Origin: Eledone cirrhosa
Lineage: Eukaryota
Direction: 5' to 3'
DNA: 64,000 nt
Assembly (NCBI GenBank): GCA_964016885.1
Contig: OZ024743.1
Span: 14,322,001 to 14,386,000, forward strand
Below the pieces are notes generated by a model, which saw only the letters and a list, made by a program, of their open reading frames with translations, had not been told where the DNA came from and made no database searches. How positions within the stretch are numbered: the stretch's first letter is position 1; each line of letters starts with the position of its first letter. Of the stretch, positions 27,466-42,164 are shown piece after piece. Both the position numbers and the translations under genes were made by a program.

Positions 27466-28239
27466 CAATTATGATTTTGTATAGTATTTTCATGAAATAT
27501 GTGTCAACGGTATATTTTTCTGCTGATTAATTTTTAGCATACACAATCTCCATTGTACGTTTTTGGGATCATATGCACTTAATTTTAGTTTGTTTTTCGA
27601 TTGTTATGTGTGTTGACGACAGGTTGTTGATTGGAAATTTTAAATCTCATTTTCTGCGTTTTCTAGGCCAAAATAAAGAAAATTACAATTTATGTTACCT
27701 TCAAGCCGTTTTAATATAAAATCATTTTCCTTTCGCTGAAATTCTAGTAATTTAACATTGTATGTTCAGCCACGCATATTCAGCACATGTTTAATACTCA
27801 TTACAATACGAAAGAATTTGCTCTTACTGTGGTTCAATATTTTACAATGTTAAAATATTTAGTTCACATTTCAAATCCTTACAGAAATTCTGGTACGTTT
27901 TCATCACTTCCAGATAAATAAAAGTAATGCCGTATTTGGAATCTTGGCCAGCATAATTTCTCTGAAGAACATATTGCAATGATTAGAATAAGAACATTAA
28001 ACATCTTGCAATTTGTCTTTAGAATGCGTCATATAGAGGAAATAACCCTGAATTCACTGTCTCGAACAATATTATCAAATTTTCTATGTTGTTTATGTTG
28101 ATGAGAGTTTTCGGAACATTGTTGATTTGCTTTCATCTGGAGCTCTATGCCCTACCTCCAGTGGTAGTATATACATTATAACATTAAACATAGAAACTAA
28201 AAAAAATGACTAAAAGAGAAGTATTTTGTTCAAAAGAAA

Positions 28240-29400
28240 ATTAATCCGTGAGAATAAGAGATGCCAACATTTCTTCGAACGGAATCATCGACATGTAAAA
28301 AAGGTATGGGAGGTACCAAGACTTGAGATGACCCGCAGTCCTTGCTTCAATCATTACACAACAGCATATGGAAAGAGGTAGGTTTCTTACGGAGCCAGAA
28401 ATAACACTTCACTGGCTTGGTGAAGGGCAACCTAACTTTAATTGCCAAGAATGAAGATAACGTACAGAACAAAATTTACAGGCCTATAATGTAACCACAA
28501 TATATTAAATGAAATAATACCGCAGAGATTTTCCAATACATAGAAACAAATAGAAAATTGTTACTGGGAGATCTAAACAATTCTAACAAAGTGTATATGG
28601 CTCTAGGGATCAGCTACCGATCAATAAAACAGTAACGGAAGACTCCAGAAAGACAAAGAAGAAACTTAGCACGGCATCGGTTGGCTACATCTCTTTTATA
28701 TAGACGATATCAGGATTGCCACTATAGAAGTTAGACAAATTGAAACATTCAGCCACACACACGATTTACAAATTAAATAGTTATTGATACGATGTTTGCA
28801 TGAACAATGTGAAAAAAAAGAGTGACGAGTGGGCTATGAGATTAAAATTGTAATATTATGCTAACTTAGGCCTCAATGATATAGATATCGTACACAACCT
28901 ACATGATGGACTATATTAAATGTGAATTATAAAGACACATAAGATTACGTCTTAAGAAGAACCTAAACGTAAATAATGTAATAGGCAGAAGTAATATTGC
29001 TGTTTCAGTAATGAAACATACTTTTCATTTTCGTAAGTAATCAGTGAACGAATTAATAACTATAGACAGAAAAATAAGAAAATGATTGCTTGTATAACAC
29101 AACCCCAAAAATCGGATATAGAAAGATTATATTTACCTAAGAGTAAATGAGTGAAGAAGACTTACGATATAAAATACCCATTCTATGTCTACACAACTAC
29201 ATTGTGAATAATAATAGAAAATACATAGAAATATCTCGGAAGAACGAACAAAACATACACGTACATAACAGAATATGAAATAGCAGGATGTGACGACGAA
29301 CATGAAAGCCAGAAGAGGAAAGACTCAGAAGAAAAAGCCTAAAATCAGAACCAAACGTATGCCCACAGTATGTCTTGCTAAAACGATGGCGATAAAAGAA
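28240..29400 (+). mobile_element. Highly decayed R4/Dong-like LINE remnant
   Basis: GSRDQLPINKTV..KKKLSTASVGY (compare GTKDQLLIDK..GWIDY in the 54256 ORF) and IDRKIRK..SDIERLYLP (compare MDRKTRK..SDVDRLYL). Confidence 0.6.
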
Positions 29401-29499
29401 TTACAGACGTAATATCCGTATAAATTGAACTTTAAGGAAGTGTACATGGAAAATATTCTTTCAATATTTGCGTCTTGATCGTACATTTTATAGAATATA

Positions 29500-30800
29500 T
29501 TTCACATAAAAGACATTTCATGAATATAATTTTTCTTGGATTGTGTGTGTTATCATGTAACCGTTCCATTTATTCATTGAACAATTGCAAACGTGAAGAA
29601 AATTGATAAAACGTCGGTTTGTGAAATTAGACTGTAGGTCAAAGTACTTACCTGGTTAGTAATCAGTGGGTGAAATTCAATGATATTAAAATTCATAAAG
29701 GAAAACGCGAGTGCCAATATTTCAACATAAAGAAGTAAGAAATCTATTGTAATATATTTTGGCGTCTTAGTTTCCTAAATATTCCTCCGATTTCTGGTTG
29801 AATCTTTATACACAAGAAACATAATACGCTTCATAATGAATTCTTCATTTTCTCTTCTACTAGACTGGCTGCCTTTGAAATAAATATTTATCTCATTCAA
29901 ATAACCTGCTTTTATGCTACAGAGGAATATATTCCAAAATAACTTTGGTAATAATTCATCAAGTTCTATATTCGATTGCATATCCATATGATTATGATAT
30001 ATATGTAAAATGATTACAGATGTATTTGTAATTGTTCACTTAAACAATTTTAGATATAAGTGATATAGTGGGAATTCACGAGATTATCTGACAAAATGCA
30101 CATGCACTACTAAGAGAAAATCTTTAAAACTATTCCAATCATTTGGTTTTAGATATTTAACGAAGAAAATATGATAAGATGGAATTCATTTGAAAATTCG
30201 AATCACTGCAAGACATCAAAGGAGAAATTTTACAGACGGGAGATACATGGAAAATAGAATCACATAGCCATGGTAAAACGGAAAACAAATAACAACATGA
30301 AACATTACCGGCCTTGACATATGAATTGTAAAGATATAAATACACGAACAATAACTTTTCTTTACTTCCAATGATGCGTCAGACGATTTACACTTTGCCC
30401 GGCTTTGCTCATGTGATTAAAAACTTCCCTTTGCAATCACATAATCTCAAATCACTTGGCCTCGAATCCACTACGTACCACATTGGCAAGTGCATTTTGT
30501 CATATTTCCATGCTCACAATTCCATTCTGAATGGAATTTAGTGGATTATATAAGGATATCACTGATTCAGTAAAAGAAATGGTAAAATGTAATAGAGAAA
30601 TATCAGTAAACACACATAACTTCAGTGGATTATGTAATAAAGAATGCATCAACAGAAATAATTTCGAGGAAGAATAAAACAAATAATATTAATGGAACTT
30701 TATTGCTTGCCTTCGCAAGGAGTGTCAAACGAAAGCACAGAGTAAATTGAATTTTCTTCGAAAATACGAAGTAATGTAGCATAAATTTCAACCAGGACAT
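29500..30800 (-). mobile_element. Possible very old hAT (Charlie/Buster-like) transposase fossil
   Basis: Only vague motifs such as AGYLNEINIYFKG; no TIRs found. Confidence 0.25.
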
Positions 30801-30992
30801 GCATACATAACTATCAGAATACAGTTTCGATGCGGACTACATGCAACATGGGAAGATAATGGAATTCGAGATAAATGAATTAAGTCCTTTCATAGAAAGA
30901 AGGATTGGTGAAAAATAAAGGGAATATAAAATATGAGAGAGATTATAAGTACACCCACACGCGTGCCCAACCCCACATGCATACATACAAAG

Positions 30993-31054
<62 letters not shown>

Positions 31055-31666
31055 ATACATATGTATGTGTATATGTATATATATATACATAGATGCATAC
31101 ATACACGCACTCATATATACAGAGAATGATTCTATGTGTGTCTGTGTCTGTGTGTGGGTGTGTGTTTATGTGTATGGGTGCATGTATGTGTGCGCGTGGG
31201 TGTGTGTTTGCGCGTCTGTGAGTGTAAGCGAAATTACCAAAAAGAATAGTTTTGAATAGAGGTGTATATAATATTATATAGAATATGTTTATTAAACATG
31301 CTATTGTGGTTCAAATATAACCTGAGAAAAGAACAGTGTATATGAGATAGGTAAGACACAAAGTTAAATGTACATTAATTTCGTATTGTCAATAATCATG
31401 AAGGATATTTATCTCCCTTCGCAGCTAATAAACTTACACAGAATTTATTTAGTTACAAGATGAAGACCTCTTGCATTAACAGAAAGCTGTTTCATATATA
31501 TATATATATATATACATATATATAGGAATTAACGAAGGAAATGTGGTAAAGAACCAGATGGACCATAATGCACCAAAGTACTCAATGCTTAGAGAGGTAG
31601 AGTGGGTAATAGCAACGAGTGGGACCCCGACGGCTGAGCTCAGGCCGTTTCGACGGCTAATTCTGG

Positions 31667-34600
31667 ACTCAGAGTAGGCCCATTCACTCGGGGCATTCTT
31701 GCCTCTCTCACCTATCGTTCAACAAAATGCTGGGAAGTGAGCACTTCCCTTTCTACCCTTATTTTTCTTTTCAAAGGAAATTTGAAAAAGTTAATCAGGG
31801 CATCACCGAAGAGGTAATTGCTCGTCTTCAGCCCTTTCAAACGTGTCCACCAGACTATCTCTTTCGCCATGGCCACCAGACAGATAAACACTGCCTGCCC
31901 TTCCCGGCTAAAGGAAGAGGGCGGAGCAATCCTCACGATGGACTCAGCTGATAGCTGGATCCGTCCCACACGCGACAGCAGGTGTTCGACATAAATCCAC
32001 AAGTCAGCAATGCTCGGACACTGGACGAGTGCGTGCAGGACGGTTTCGTCGCCCTGCGCGCATCTCGGACATGCCCGGATGACGGCCCCTCCATGCCTGT
32101 AGAGTTTATCCCGAACTGGCAAAGCTCCCCGGTAGCACTGCCAGGCCAGGGATTTCTGGAAGTTGTCCATATGCTCCGGCCCGATAGGTCTTCCGAAGAG
32201 ATTGGCTAGTTGATTTTTGTCGACGCCTAGAGTTTCCCCAAGTCCGTCGTTGCTCTTCCCCTCCACTAATCCTATATAGAATACCAAGGTGGAGTTTCCA
32301 CCGATCACATTGCCCGTTTCGTCGAGGGCTGTGGTCGCCTGAAGACATTACAGTCTCCAAGCGTTCCCTCTCGGTCTTCGCTTGACCCAGGACAGCAGCT
32401 CCGTCAAGGAGACGAGCTGGGGAAAGACGCGTCTAGCAAACGGCAACCACACCTGATAACCGTCGAGGAAGAGGTGCAGATGTCGTAGCCTGAGCGGGTG
32501 TCTGCGCATCATCAGCCACAACATTCCCAGCCATCCACGTAGCGGGTGTTGACAGCAGATGGACCGCCTGACCATCGGTGCGCGTCCTGTCCACATAAGG
32601 CGAAAGAGCAAACGCTCCAGTGCAGTCAGGCGAGGCTTAGGACAAGATACGACGGTCAGGCGGTAGTAGATGACGGGCGCGATGTACGTGTTAGCCACCT
32701 CCGCTCGACCTTTAAGGGATAGCTTCCTCTCCGCCCATTTCTGGGTGTGAGAAGCCACCCTGCTCGTCACCTCGTCCCAGTTTTTGTCCGTCTGGAAGTC
32801 CGGGCCGAAACAGACGCCTAGCAATTTAAACGTCCGTCCGTCCAGCGCCCGAGGACGCTGTTGGACGGCATGGATCTGCATCTCCAGGTGCCGAGCTGCA
32901 GGCTCACTGACTTTTCCTGGTTGATTCTTGCTCCTGTCACCGCTTCGTTTTCTCTTAGCGTAGTGCCGATCGCCTCGTAGTGTTTGGCGTTCGACACCAC
33001 TACGGTGACATCGTCCGCATATGCTAAGATGGATCTTCCGCATTCTAGTTCGCGAGGGACCCCCCCGCCTCAACGTCTCCAGTTTGTTCAGTACTGGCTC
33101 CAGAGGCAATACGTACAAGAGGGAGGAGAGGGGACATAATTGACGGACCGAACGCATGATGTGGAACGGTTCCGAAAGGTGACCGTTCACTCTCACCACA
33201 AAGCAGATGTCGCTGTGTATGGCAGCGATCCAGGCTCTGAAAACGGGACCAAAACGAGCCACCCTCTGGACTGCCACTAGGTAAGGATGGGTGACCCTAT
33301 CGAAAGCTTTTGACGGATCTAAATTGACCAAGGACCCACCCGTGCCAGGTTCTCAAGCTACCCTCTCCACGACGTATCGCATGAGGTGGGGGTTGTCGTG
33401 GATGGATCTGTCGAGAATGGCGCATGTCTGCGCCTCTCCCACCAGACCACCAACGACAGGCGCCAACCTCTTTGCTAGCACCTTGGCCAAAATCTTGAAC
33501 TCTGTGTTTAGCAGAGGTATGGGCCTGCAATGATCTCTGTTATATCCCTTGTTCGGATCTATTCTCAACAGCGCCACCGCTCCTCGTCTCACACAGCTGG
33601 GAAGCCTCCCGTTATGTTGCCAGTTGCAGTAGATGTCCGCCAAGAGGCCTCCGAACAAGTCTGGCATCTGTACGTAAAGTTCAAATGGTAGACCATCCAA
33701 ACCAGGCGATTTACCCCTTGTGCAGCCAGTCATTGCCTCCCGTACTTCAGCGGATTTTATCGGCTTTTCGCAACACTCCGCCTCAGTCGCCAACAGCAGC
33801 GGCAGTCCGTCGAGGTAGACACTAAAGTCCATCCCTCGATCCGGCCGCCGTTGCCTCCGAATAACTGAGCGAAGTGTCGATGAAAAAGCTTCAAACAATT
33901 GCCGGGAGCGAGTAGCATGCGCCCGTCGTGGTCCACCAAAGACCGGATCGTGGCTTTGTTGCCACGACGCGCCTCCTCCACCCGGGCCCATTGAACGGCT
34001 TTCGTCCACTCATGTCTGAGAGCACGCACCCTAGCTCTAACAACGCAGCCTTAGTGCTTTGCATTGAAGAATTTGTCAAGGGCCAATTTCGCCGCAAGTA
34101 CGTCGGTCGCGATGCCTTTACTAAGCGTCTCGTCTAATTTTCTAACTAATTCTCCCTCTGCTCTATTTTTCTCTATTGCTAAAGCCTTACTAAATCTAAT
34201 GGACTCTATTCTAATCGCTCTTTTCAGAGCAAACAACCTCTTGTTGTTGACGATGGACCCCGTCAACGCCCGCTTAACCAGTTCGTTAATCCGGTCTCCG
34301 TAGGCCTTGCGCGCTGGTAAGGAAGCGTTTAGCTTCCACTAGCCGGGTCCTTGTCTATGAAGCCTATCTAAGTCAACCACACAGATCACGAATGTGTGGT
34401 CCGTGTAGCTGACTATATTGAATTGTGGACAGCCTATGCTACAGCTATCTATTTCCCTTCAAAATACTCTATCTAGATATGATCTGGATGACCCGATGGG
34501 TTTGTCCAAGTCCCCATTGGCACATTCGGGAAATCCAATCGGTACCTGCCAGACAGTTCAAAACGCCTGAGCAGTTTGGTGGGACTCTTGCACCCTCCTC

Positions 34601-37282
34601 CATTATCCGCTGATCTCACACAGTCCCAGCGTGCATCTAAGATCCCGTTCCAGTCGCCCACTAACACTAAAGAGCGGGACGTTCCAAGAAATGTCTCCAG
34701 ACGCCGGAAGAAATCAGGCCGCCCTGCTCCTGTCGGGGCATAGACGGCCACTAGCCTGAAAGCTTGCCCGTCTCCGCTGGTGACGTCCAGCACCACCAAC
34801 TTACCCTCTGGGTCCAGGAAGATGGCCCGTATGGCGAGATCCAACCCTCTCCGAAAAAGCACAGCACCCCCCCCCCCCCCCCCCTTCCGATCCAGGACGG
34901 CTCGGAGATGCGTACACATCGTAGCCGCCGAAGATCGGTGCGAACCCGTGCTTCAGAGATTCTGGTCTAGCTGATGGCCACTACATCTATGTTTAGTGAC
35001 CCGATGTCGTTGAGCAGGAGGCCCTGCTTCCATGAAAACCCCAATCCACGCGCATTTATGCTGCCTATCCTGAGAGAGGTCATGTTGAAAAGAACTGGAA
35101 AAGATGCGAAAGACCCCTTACCTTACTTCTCGTAGAAGAAGGATGATTTCGCCATCCCTTTCACTGCATGTAGCCTCCTCCGGAAGGATGTCCATATAAA
35201 TCCTCCTGGAGAGTGTTTGTCGGAAGTCTCCGATATCTTTGGGGATTTTTTGTTTTAGCGTCGTGTACGTTTTCTGTGTGATGCGAGTGACTTTTATGTG
35301 TGGAGGTGGTGTGAACCTTTGGGGTGTTGTGTATTCTTTTTCTGTGATGCTGGTGTTGTGTTGGATGTAGTGTAATAATTGGTTGTTGTTCATATTTAAT
35401 GATGTGTAGTGTGTATCGTTTTAGTTGTTTTGTTTTGTTTGCGTTTGTTGTAGGTTTGTTTCTGTTTCGCTTTTTGGTTACTTTGGTGGTGTTGGTGATG
35501 GTGTTGGTGTTTGTGGTGATGGGGTTGGTGATGTTGGTGTGGATGGTGTCATAGCTGTCCTAACTTTTTTGTTTGATAGTTTATTTGTTTCCCCCTGTAT
35601 TTTGTTTTTGGAGGGGGAAGGAAGTGGATTTTTTTCTTTTTTGGCTTCTTTTTCTTTTTTTCTTTTTTCCTGATACAGTTTCCCACTCCTCGTCGTCACA
35701 ATCTGTCTCCAGTTACGACAGGTCGGGGAGTGGAAAATCCTCCACATGCGTTGGTTTTGGTTGTGGCGGGGTTGATGGTGGAGGCGCTGGTGCTAGTTCT
35801 GGCGCGGTGGGCGGTGGTGGTGTTGGTTTTGCTACTGTTGCTGGGGTTGTTGCTGTTACAGTTGCTTCTGTTGTTGCTGATACAGTTGTTGATGCCATTT
35901 CTGCTGCAGGTGGTGTTGATGGTTGAGTCACTAGGGTGGGTAAGAGAGGTGGCCTCAACTTTTTACCATGAGGGCAGAAAGCCTTGAGGTGGGTTCCTTC
36001 ACCACAAACGACACACCTAGGCCTTCTACTCTCGACGATTACGATGAGGTGGCTGCCGTCATTGAAGTCTATTACCTCTCGGATTTCCTCAATGATTTTT
36101 TGGTCCGCTTGGATCAGGAGCTCTATCCGTGATCCGGACCAGTTTTCCTGCTTTTCTTTTTATATTTAAATTATTTTGGTGTTGGCCTCGATGCCGGCGA
36201 GGAGGGCAGCCATTAACCAGGGATTGTCGATGGCCGGTGGAACGTGGGTCACCCTGATCTTCTCGAGTCTCTGGCCACAATAGCTTGGGACGAGTGTGAA
36301 GTCGTCGCCTCTTAATGGGGCCATTGAGTGCTCTCTGGCCTCCTGTGGTGTTCCAAAGAACACGTCCGCGGTTCCATATTTCTGCCCACATCTAATGTGG
36401 GTTTTTTGTCGCCCACACATGTCCCAAATCTCAGAGGATTTGGGACTCGGATGTCCGTTCCACTCGGCCCGATGTTGTGTTAATCGTCCGATAAGACACG
36501 GTGCATAGGCGTCGATGCTCCATTTTACTAGGTCAGTGTGTGTGTGGGGGGGGGGGGGACTGACCCTCCACCCATCTTTCTTTACCATTTTCCTGGCTTC
36601 ATTTTATTCCTCCTGAGTTACCTCGATTGTTTCGCATTTCTCGGCTGCTTTGGCAAACGACACATTTGCGGTGGTATTGATGTTTTTGTAGTTATTCTCA
36701 TTGTTGTTGTTGCTGTTGTTGTTATTGTTATTTTTGTTATTGTTATTTTTAATTTCAGTTGTGGTGGTGGTAGCGTCAGTGGTGTTCGGCGTGGAAGAGT
36801 CGATTCTGGGTGAATCCATTTCGATGTCACGAGATAATAATTTTTTCTTTTGTTTCTGTTATCGCTGTGTTGGGGGTGGCGGCTGTAACACCTGCAGATT
36901 TTGGTAATGGCGGTAAGAGACAAATTCTGCATGAGACAAATTTAAATTATTGCTACTGCTTATATTTCTAGTGTTGGCAAACGTAGTAATATTTACAATG
37001 GTGGTGTTGGTGTGAGGTGTTAGTTTGTGAGGAAGGCTGTCAGCTTAGTGTGGCTGTGAGTTGTCCATGATTTTTTCAAAGACATTTTTTGTTTGATAAT
37101 TATAAAAGTTTAAATTTTGGGCTCAATGCCCCAATCTTTTTGAGTGATCTTTTCCGAAAGCAATATATGTGAACATATAAACACTTAACAACAAAAATTT
37201 TCTATAAATGGCAATTTCAAACAACTGAAAACAACAAATCTTTGCGTAGCTCACGATAATACCATTTCCTACGTAGGTCGCC
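31667..37282 (-). mobile_element. Tx1/L1-clade LINE copy 1 (ORF1 with CCHC knuckle, ORF2 APE-RT-Zn), many frameshifts
   Basis: ORF1 CVVCGEGTHLKAFC; ORF2 ATG at 35083; VAVYAP, LVGDWN, GKSPGLDGLP, DPSKAFDRV, CPRC..ETVLHAL..C; 5' end abuts (AAT)n. Confidence 0.93.
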
Positions 37283-37450
37283 AATAATAATAATAATAAT
37301 AATAATAATTTAGCCATATGTTAAGTCACAACAGCAACATCTCAGACAAATAATACGTTCCTTAAATGTGCGTAGTGCCTAGAAAGATTTATGTATGACA
37401 CCAATTTTGTGTGGTGTGTCCAAACACTTTAAGAACGATACAAATATTTA

Positions 37451-38758
37451 TGTGTTCTGGAGGCAGAGGACATCAAGAACAAAAAAATGAAGGAATTGAT
37501 AAGATCTGAGTACATTAGGAGAGTAAGGAGCGGATTAAAATCACATCTAAATAGTAGGAATGTCAGAAGTGCAGTGAATTCCAGAGCTGTGTCTATTATT
37601 ATGTACAGTGCGGGAATTCTGAAATGGAATGTTGCTGAACAAAAAGAAATGGATAGGAAGACTAGGAAGATATTGACTATCTACAACATGTTCCACAAGA
37701 GGAGTGATGTCGATAGACTCTACTTAAAGAGATCTGAAGGTGGAACAGGTCTTATCAGCATGGAGGACTGTGTTCAGATGGAGGAAAACATCCTGCACAA
37801 ATACCTGACCGACAATAGGGAGCCAATGCTCAGAAATGTACTGAAGGAGAGAACAATAAACCAGGGGATGTCCAAGGAGGAAATAACAACAAGGAAGAAG
37901 AGCAACCTTCATGAAAAATGCCTTCATAGTACCTTCTTTGAGAAAACTGAATTTAGAGATCCACAGATATGGAACTGGTTGAAAAGAGGAGACCTTAAAA
38001 AGGCTACAAGAGGAATGCTAATGGCTGCGCAAGAGCAGGCACTCAAAACGAAGTGGGTGAAATACCATATTTAAAAGTAGTAGGAGGCTAGCCCAATGTG
38101 TAGGATCTGTGGAGAGAGAGAGGAGACTGTGTCTCACATTGTGTCCGAGTGTAAACACCTAGCCCAGACTCACTATAAAAGGTGGAGGCATCACGTGATG
38201 GCCAGGGTGATCCACTGGCACCTATGCAAATAAACAATTTACCACATTCTGAAAAGTGGTATGGGCATAAGCCAGAGTCGGTGATAGAAAACGATCAGGT
38301 GAAGGTACTATGGGATTTTAGGATACAGACGGACAAGAAACTGGAACACAATAGGCCTGACCTGGTGGTTTTGGATAATGAAAAAAGAACGTGCCTGATT
38401 GTAGAAATAACCTGACAATTTGACACGAGAGTGCAGGAAAAGGAGAGGGAGAAAATTAACCGATACCAGGACTTAAAGTGGGAGGTAAAAAGGATTTGGA
38501 ACTGTCATGAATTCAGAGTCGTCCCAATTGTCATAGGCGCATTAGGTACTATCTCAAAGAGTTTACAAGGATGGTTAAAGATGATTAGTCCAGCCCCGCT
38601 TTTTGGAACACTTCAAAAGGCATGCTTGCTGGAAACAGCAAGAACCCTCCGATACGTCCTGAATATCTGAGGTTGCAGGTAACGGCTTGATATTTATTTC
38701 AACAAACTTTCCAGTTAAATAATATCAATAACTGAGATTGAAAGAACAATAATAATAA
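37451..38758 (+). mobile_element. 3' part of R4/Dong-like RLE LINE ending in (AAT)n
   Basis: MAAQEQAL, CRIC..ETVSHIVSEC, VLWDFRIQTD..HNRPDLVVLD..LIVEI, VVPIVIGALG, LQKACLL. Confidence 0.9.
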
Positions 38759-38793
38759 GGATGATGATTTCAACTATAGGCACAAGGCCAGCG

Positions 38794-41412
38794 TAAGCCG
38801 AAATGGATCTCCCGCATCCCAATTCGCGAGCGAACCCCCTCATGGTCTCCAATTTGTGCAGAAATAGCTCGAGAGCCAGTACGTACAAGAGGGACGAGAG
38901 GCGACAACTTTGGCGTCGCGAGATCATGATGCTGAACGGATGCGACAGGTGACCATTCACCCTCAATAGAGTAGATGTCCGTCGCAGGGATCCAGCCACT
39001 TAAAACGGGCTCCAACCGGGCGCATCGAGGACCGCCGCCAGGTACCGATGGTCGACCCTATCAAATGCTTTAGATTTATCCATGTTGATCAGGGCCCCAC
39101 CCGATCCAGGTTCCTTAACCACCCTCACTATGATGCATCGCATGGGATGGAGGTTGTCGTGGATGGATCTATCCGGAATGGTGCATGTCTGCCCCTCTCC
39201 CACCAGATCATCGACGACAAGCGCCAATCTCTTTGCTAACACCTGGGCCACAATCTCGAACTCTGTGTTTAGCAGAGTTATGGGCCTGAAGTTGTCTATA
39301 ACGTCCCCTTTTTTCGGGTATTTTCTCAGCAGCGCCAGCGCTCCCCGGCTCACAAAACTGGGAATGCTCCCGTTCTGCTGCCAGTTGCAATAGATATCTG
39401 CCAAGACGTGGGTAACATGTCTGGCATGTAGGCATAAAGCTCGGAGGGTAGACCATCCAAACCTGGCGATTTACCCCTCGTGCCGTTAGACATCGCTTCC
39501 CGTATTTAATCTGCTGTTATCGGCCTTTCGCAGCACTGCGCTGCGGTCGCCGAAAGCCGCGGCAGTCCGTCGAGGTATGCACCGAAGTCTATACTCCGAT
39601 CCTGCCCACCGCCGCCCCCGAACAATCGAACAAAGTGCTGTTGAAAAGCCGCAGACATCTGCTCGGGTTCGAGCAAGATGCGCCCGTTTCGATCAGGCAA
39701 AGACCGTATTGTGGATATGTTGCCACGTCGCGCCTCCACCACCCGGGCCCATTGAACGGCTTTGGTCCCCTCGTGTGTCAGAGCACGCGCTTTAGTTCTG
39801 ACAACGCATCCTTCATGCTTTGCGCTGAAGAATTGGTCGAGTGCCAATCTCGCCGCAAGCACGTCAGTTGCGATGCCTGTCCTAAACGCCTCTTCCTTTT
39901 TTTCTAACTAGCTCTCCTTGTACTCTATTTTGCTCTATCGCTATTCCTTTGCTAAACCGTATTGATTCTACTCTAATAGCCCTTTTCAGGGTAAACCACA
40001 ACCTGTTGTTGAAAATCGCACCCGGCAACGCACGCTTAACTAATTCGCTAATCCGGTCTCTGTAAGCTTTGCGCGCCGGGAAAAACGCGTTCAGCTTCCA
40101 GTAACAGGTACCTTGCCTATGGAGTCTATTTAAGTCAACCTCACAGGTCACGAATTTGTGTCCGTTTAGTTGACTACTTTAAATTGTCGACAACTTAGAC
40201 TAGCCGTATCTGTCTCCCTACAGATTACCCTATCTAAATACGATCTGGATGACCCGATGCGGTTTGCACATGTCAATATTGGTACATTCGGAAAATCCAG
40301 TCTATAACTGTCAGACAGGTTTTACACCCTCCTGTCATGTCTACTAGCCCCACATAATCCCAGCATGCATCTAATATACGGTTCCATTCGCCCACTAAGG
40401 TTAAGGAGAGAGACGTTCCAAGAAACGTCTCTAGACGTCTGAACAAATCTGGCCTTCTTGCCACTGTTGGGGCGTAGACGGCTACTAGCCTGAAAGCATT
40501 GTCTTCGCTGCCGTTCACGTTCAGCACCACCGACTTACCGTCTGCGATCCAAGCCTCTCCGAAACAGTACAGCAACTCCTCCCCCCGATCCTGGACGGCT
40601 GGGAGATGCGTATACACCGTAGCCGCCGAAGATCGGTGCGAAGGCTCGTACTTCGGAGATTCTGCTCTCGATGATGGCCACCATATCTATGTTTAGTGAC
40701 CTGAGATCGTTGAGCAAGTGACCCTCCTTCCAAGATGACCCCAGGCCACGTATATTTGTGCTGTCTATTCTAAGTACGGGCATGTTGATGAAGAACGGGG
40801 CAAGTGAGGAAGGATCACTTACCTTGATCGTGTGGCAAAGGGAGAGCTGAACCGTCCCCTCGGCTGGTCATGGGTGTCTCCAAGACGATATCTTTGTAGA
40901 TACTTTTGGAGAGTGGCCCCCTAAATTCCCCAACGGCGTTGTGGAATTTTTTTTTTAATTGTTTGTAGTTTTCGAGTTCCATTTCTACAATGTTAATGTT
41001 TTTTGATAATGTTCTTGGATTTGGTGGTGTGTGGTAATTTACGTCTGAAATATCGGTGTGGTTTTTGTGTGTTCCAATAATCCTTGGTGTGCAATGTTTA
41101 TGATTGTGTACTTTTTGCGGGGAGGAGTGATTTTGTTTCTGTTTTCTTGTTGTTGCTCTTGGGTATGTGTACTTTGTTGTGTTTGTGATGTTGGTGTTTT
41201 TGGTGATGCTGTTGGTGGTGTGGTTGTTTTTGGTGGTGATATGCGTGGTGGTGAGGGGGGTTTTGGTGGTGTTGCTGCAAGACTCCTTGCAGACTTTATT
41301 CTTCTTTCTTTGCCTTCGCTTTTGGAGAGAAGGTGTGTGCTGTTCTGTCGTTTTTTCTGTTTATTTTTTGTTAACAACCGTTTCCCCCTCCTCAGCCGCC
41401 TCATACTCCATG
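38794..41412 (-). mobile_element. Tx1/L1-clade LINE copy 3 (diverged subfamily; end of ORF1 to mid-RT)
   Basis: ORF2 start MPVLRIDSTNIRGLG at 40783; NFRPITLLN, DKSKAFDRVDH; ends at SAYA. Confidence 0.9.
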
Positions 41413-41415
41413 TCC

Positions 41416-42160
41416 GATAATAATAAGGATTTCATTTATTGGCCACAACGGCCGACATATAGGGGACAATACAAAAGACTGGGACAGTGGGGGTTTACAT
41501 ATACAAATTGTAAACAAAAATAACAATAACAAAATAACAATAAAAATACAACAATGAAAATTCCCCAATAGGGGGGGGGGTGTTCACCCTGGGTTCACTC
41601 AGCTATACAACCAATCCTGAACCATCCGACACTTTGAGAGTACCTGGGAAGTGCACCCCCTCTCCTCCTCAAATTCACCCACCTACAGGCGCATGATCAG
41701 AATAGGCCCACTCACACGCGCCATTGTCGCCACATTCACACACCTTTCAGCAAATGTACTAGGGGGCAGCACTTCTCTCTCCACCATCACCTTCCTTTCC
41801 AAGTGAAACTTGAAAAAGTTGATGAGGGATTGGCCGAAGAGAAAAGTGTCTGTCTTCAGTCCTTTCAACCTGGTCCACCATACAACATATTTTGCTGCTG
41901 CCACCAGACAGAGGAACATTCTCTGCCCTCCCTGCCCAAAAGAAGATGGCGGGTCGATATTTACTATGGTCTCGGCCGCTAGGCAGATCCGTACTACATG
42001 CGACAACAGCTGTTCGGCATAACTCCACAAGTCAGTAGTGCACGGACACTCAACGAGTGCGTGCAGAACGGTTTCGTCGCTCTGTGCGCATCTCGGGGAG
42101 GTCCGTCTGACAGCACTTCCGTGCCTGTAGAGTTTATATCGAACCGGCAGCGCCACCCGT
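41416..42160 (-). mobile_element. 3' terminal fragment of Tx1-like LINE with (TTA)n tail
   Basis: ALPVRYKLYRHG..PRC..ETVLHALVECP; 3' UTR with poly-C run as in copy 2. Confidence 0.88.
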
Positions 42161-42164
42161 TCCA

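Noticed and set aside
27850-28170. Possible mariner-like fossil on - strand (also 48210-48380)
   Set aside because: Only vague resemblance; no clear catalytic motifs or TIRs
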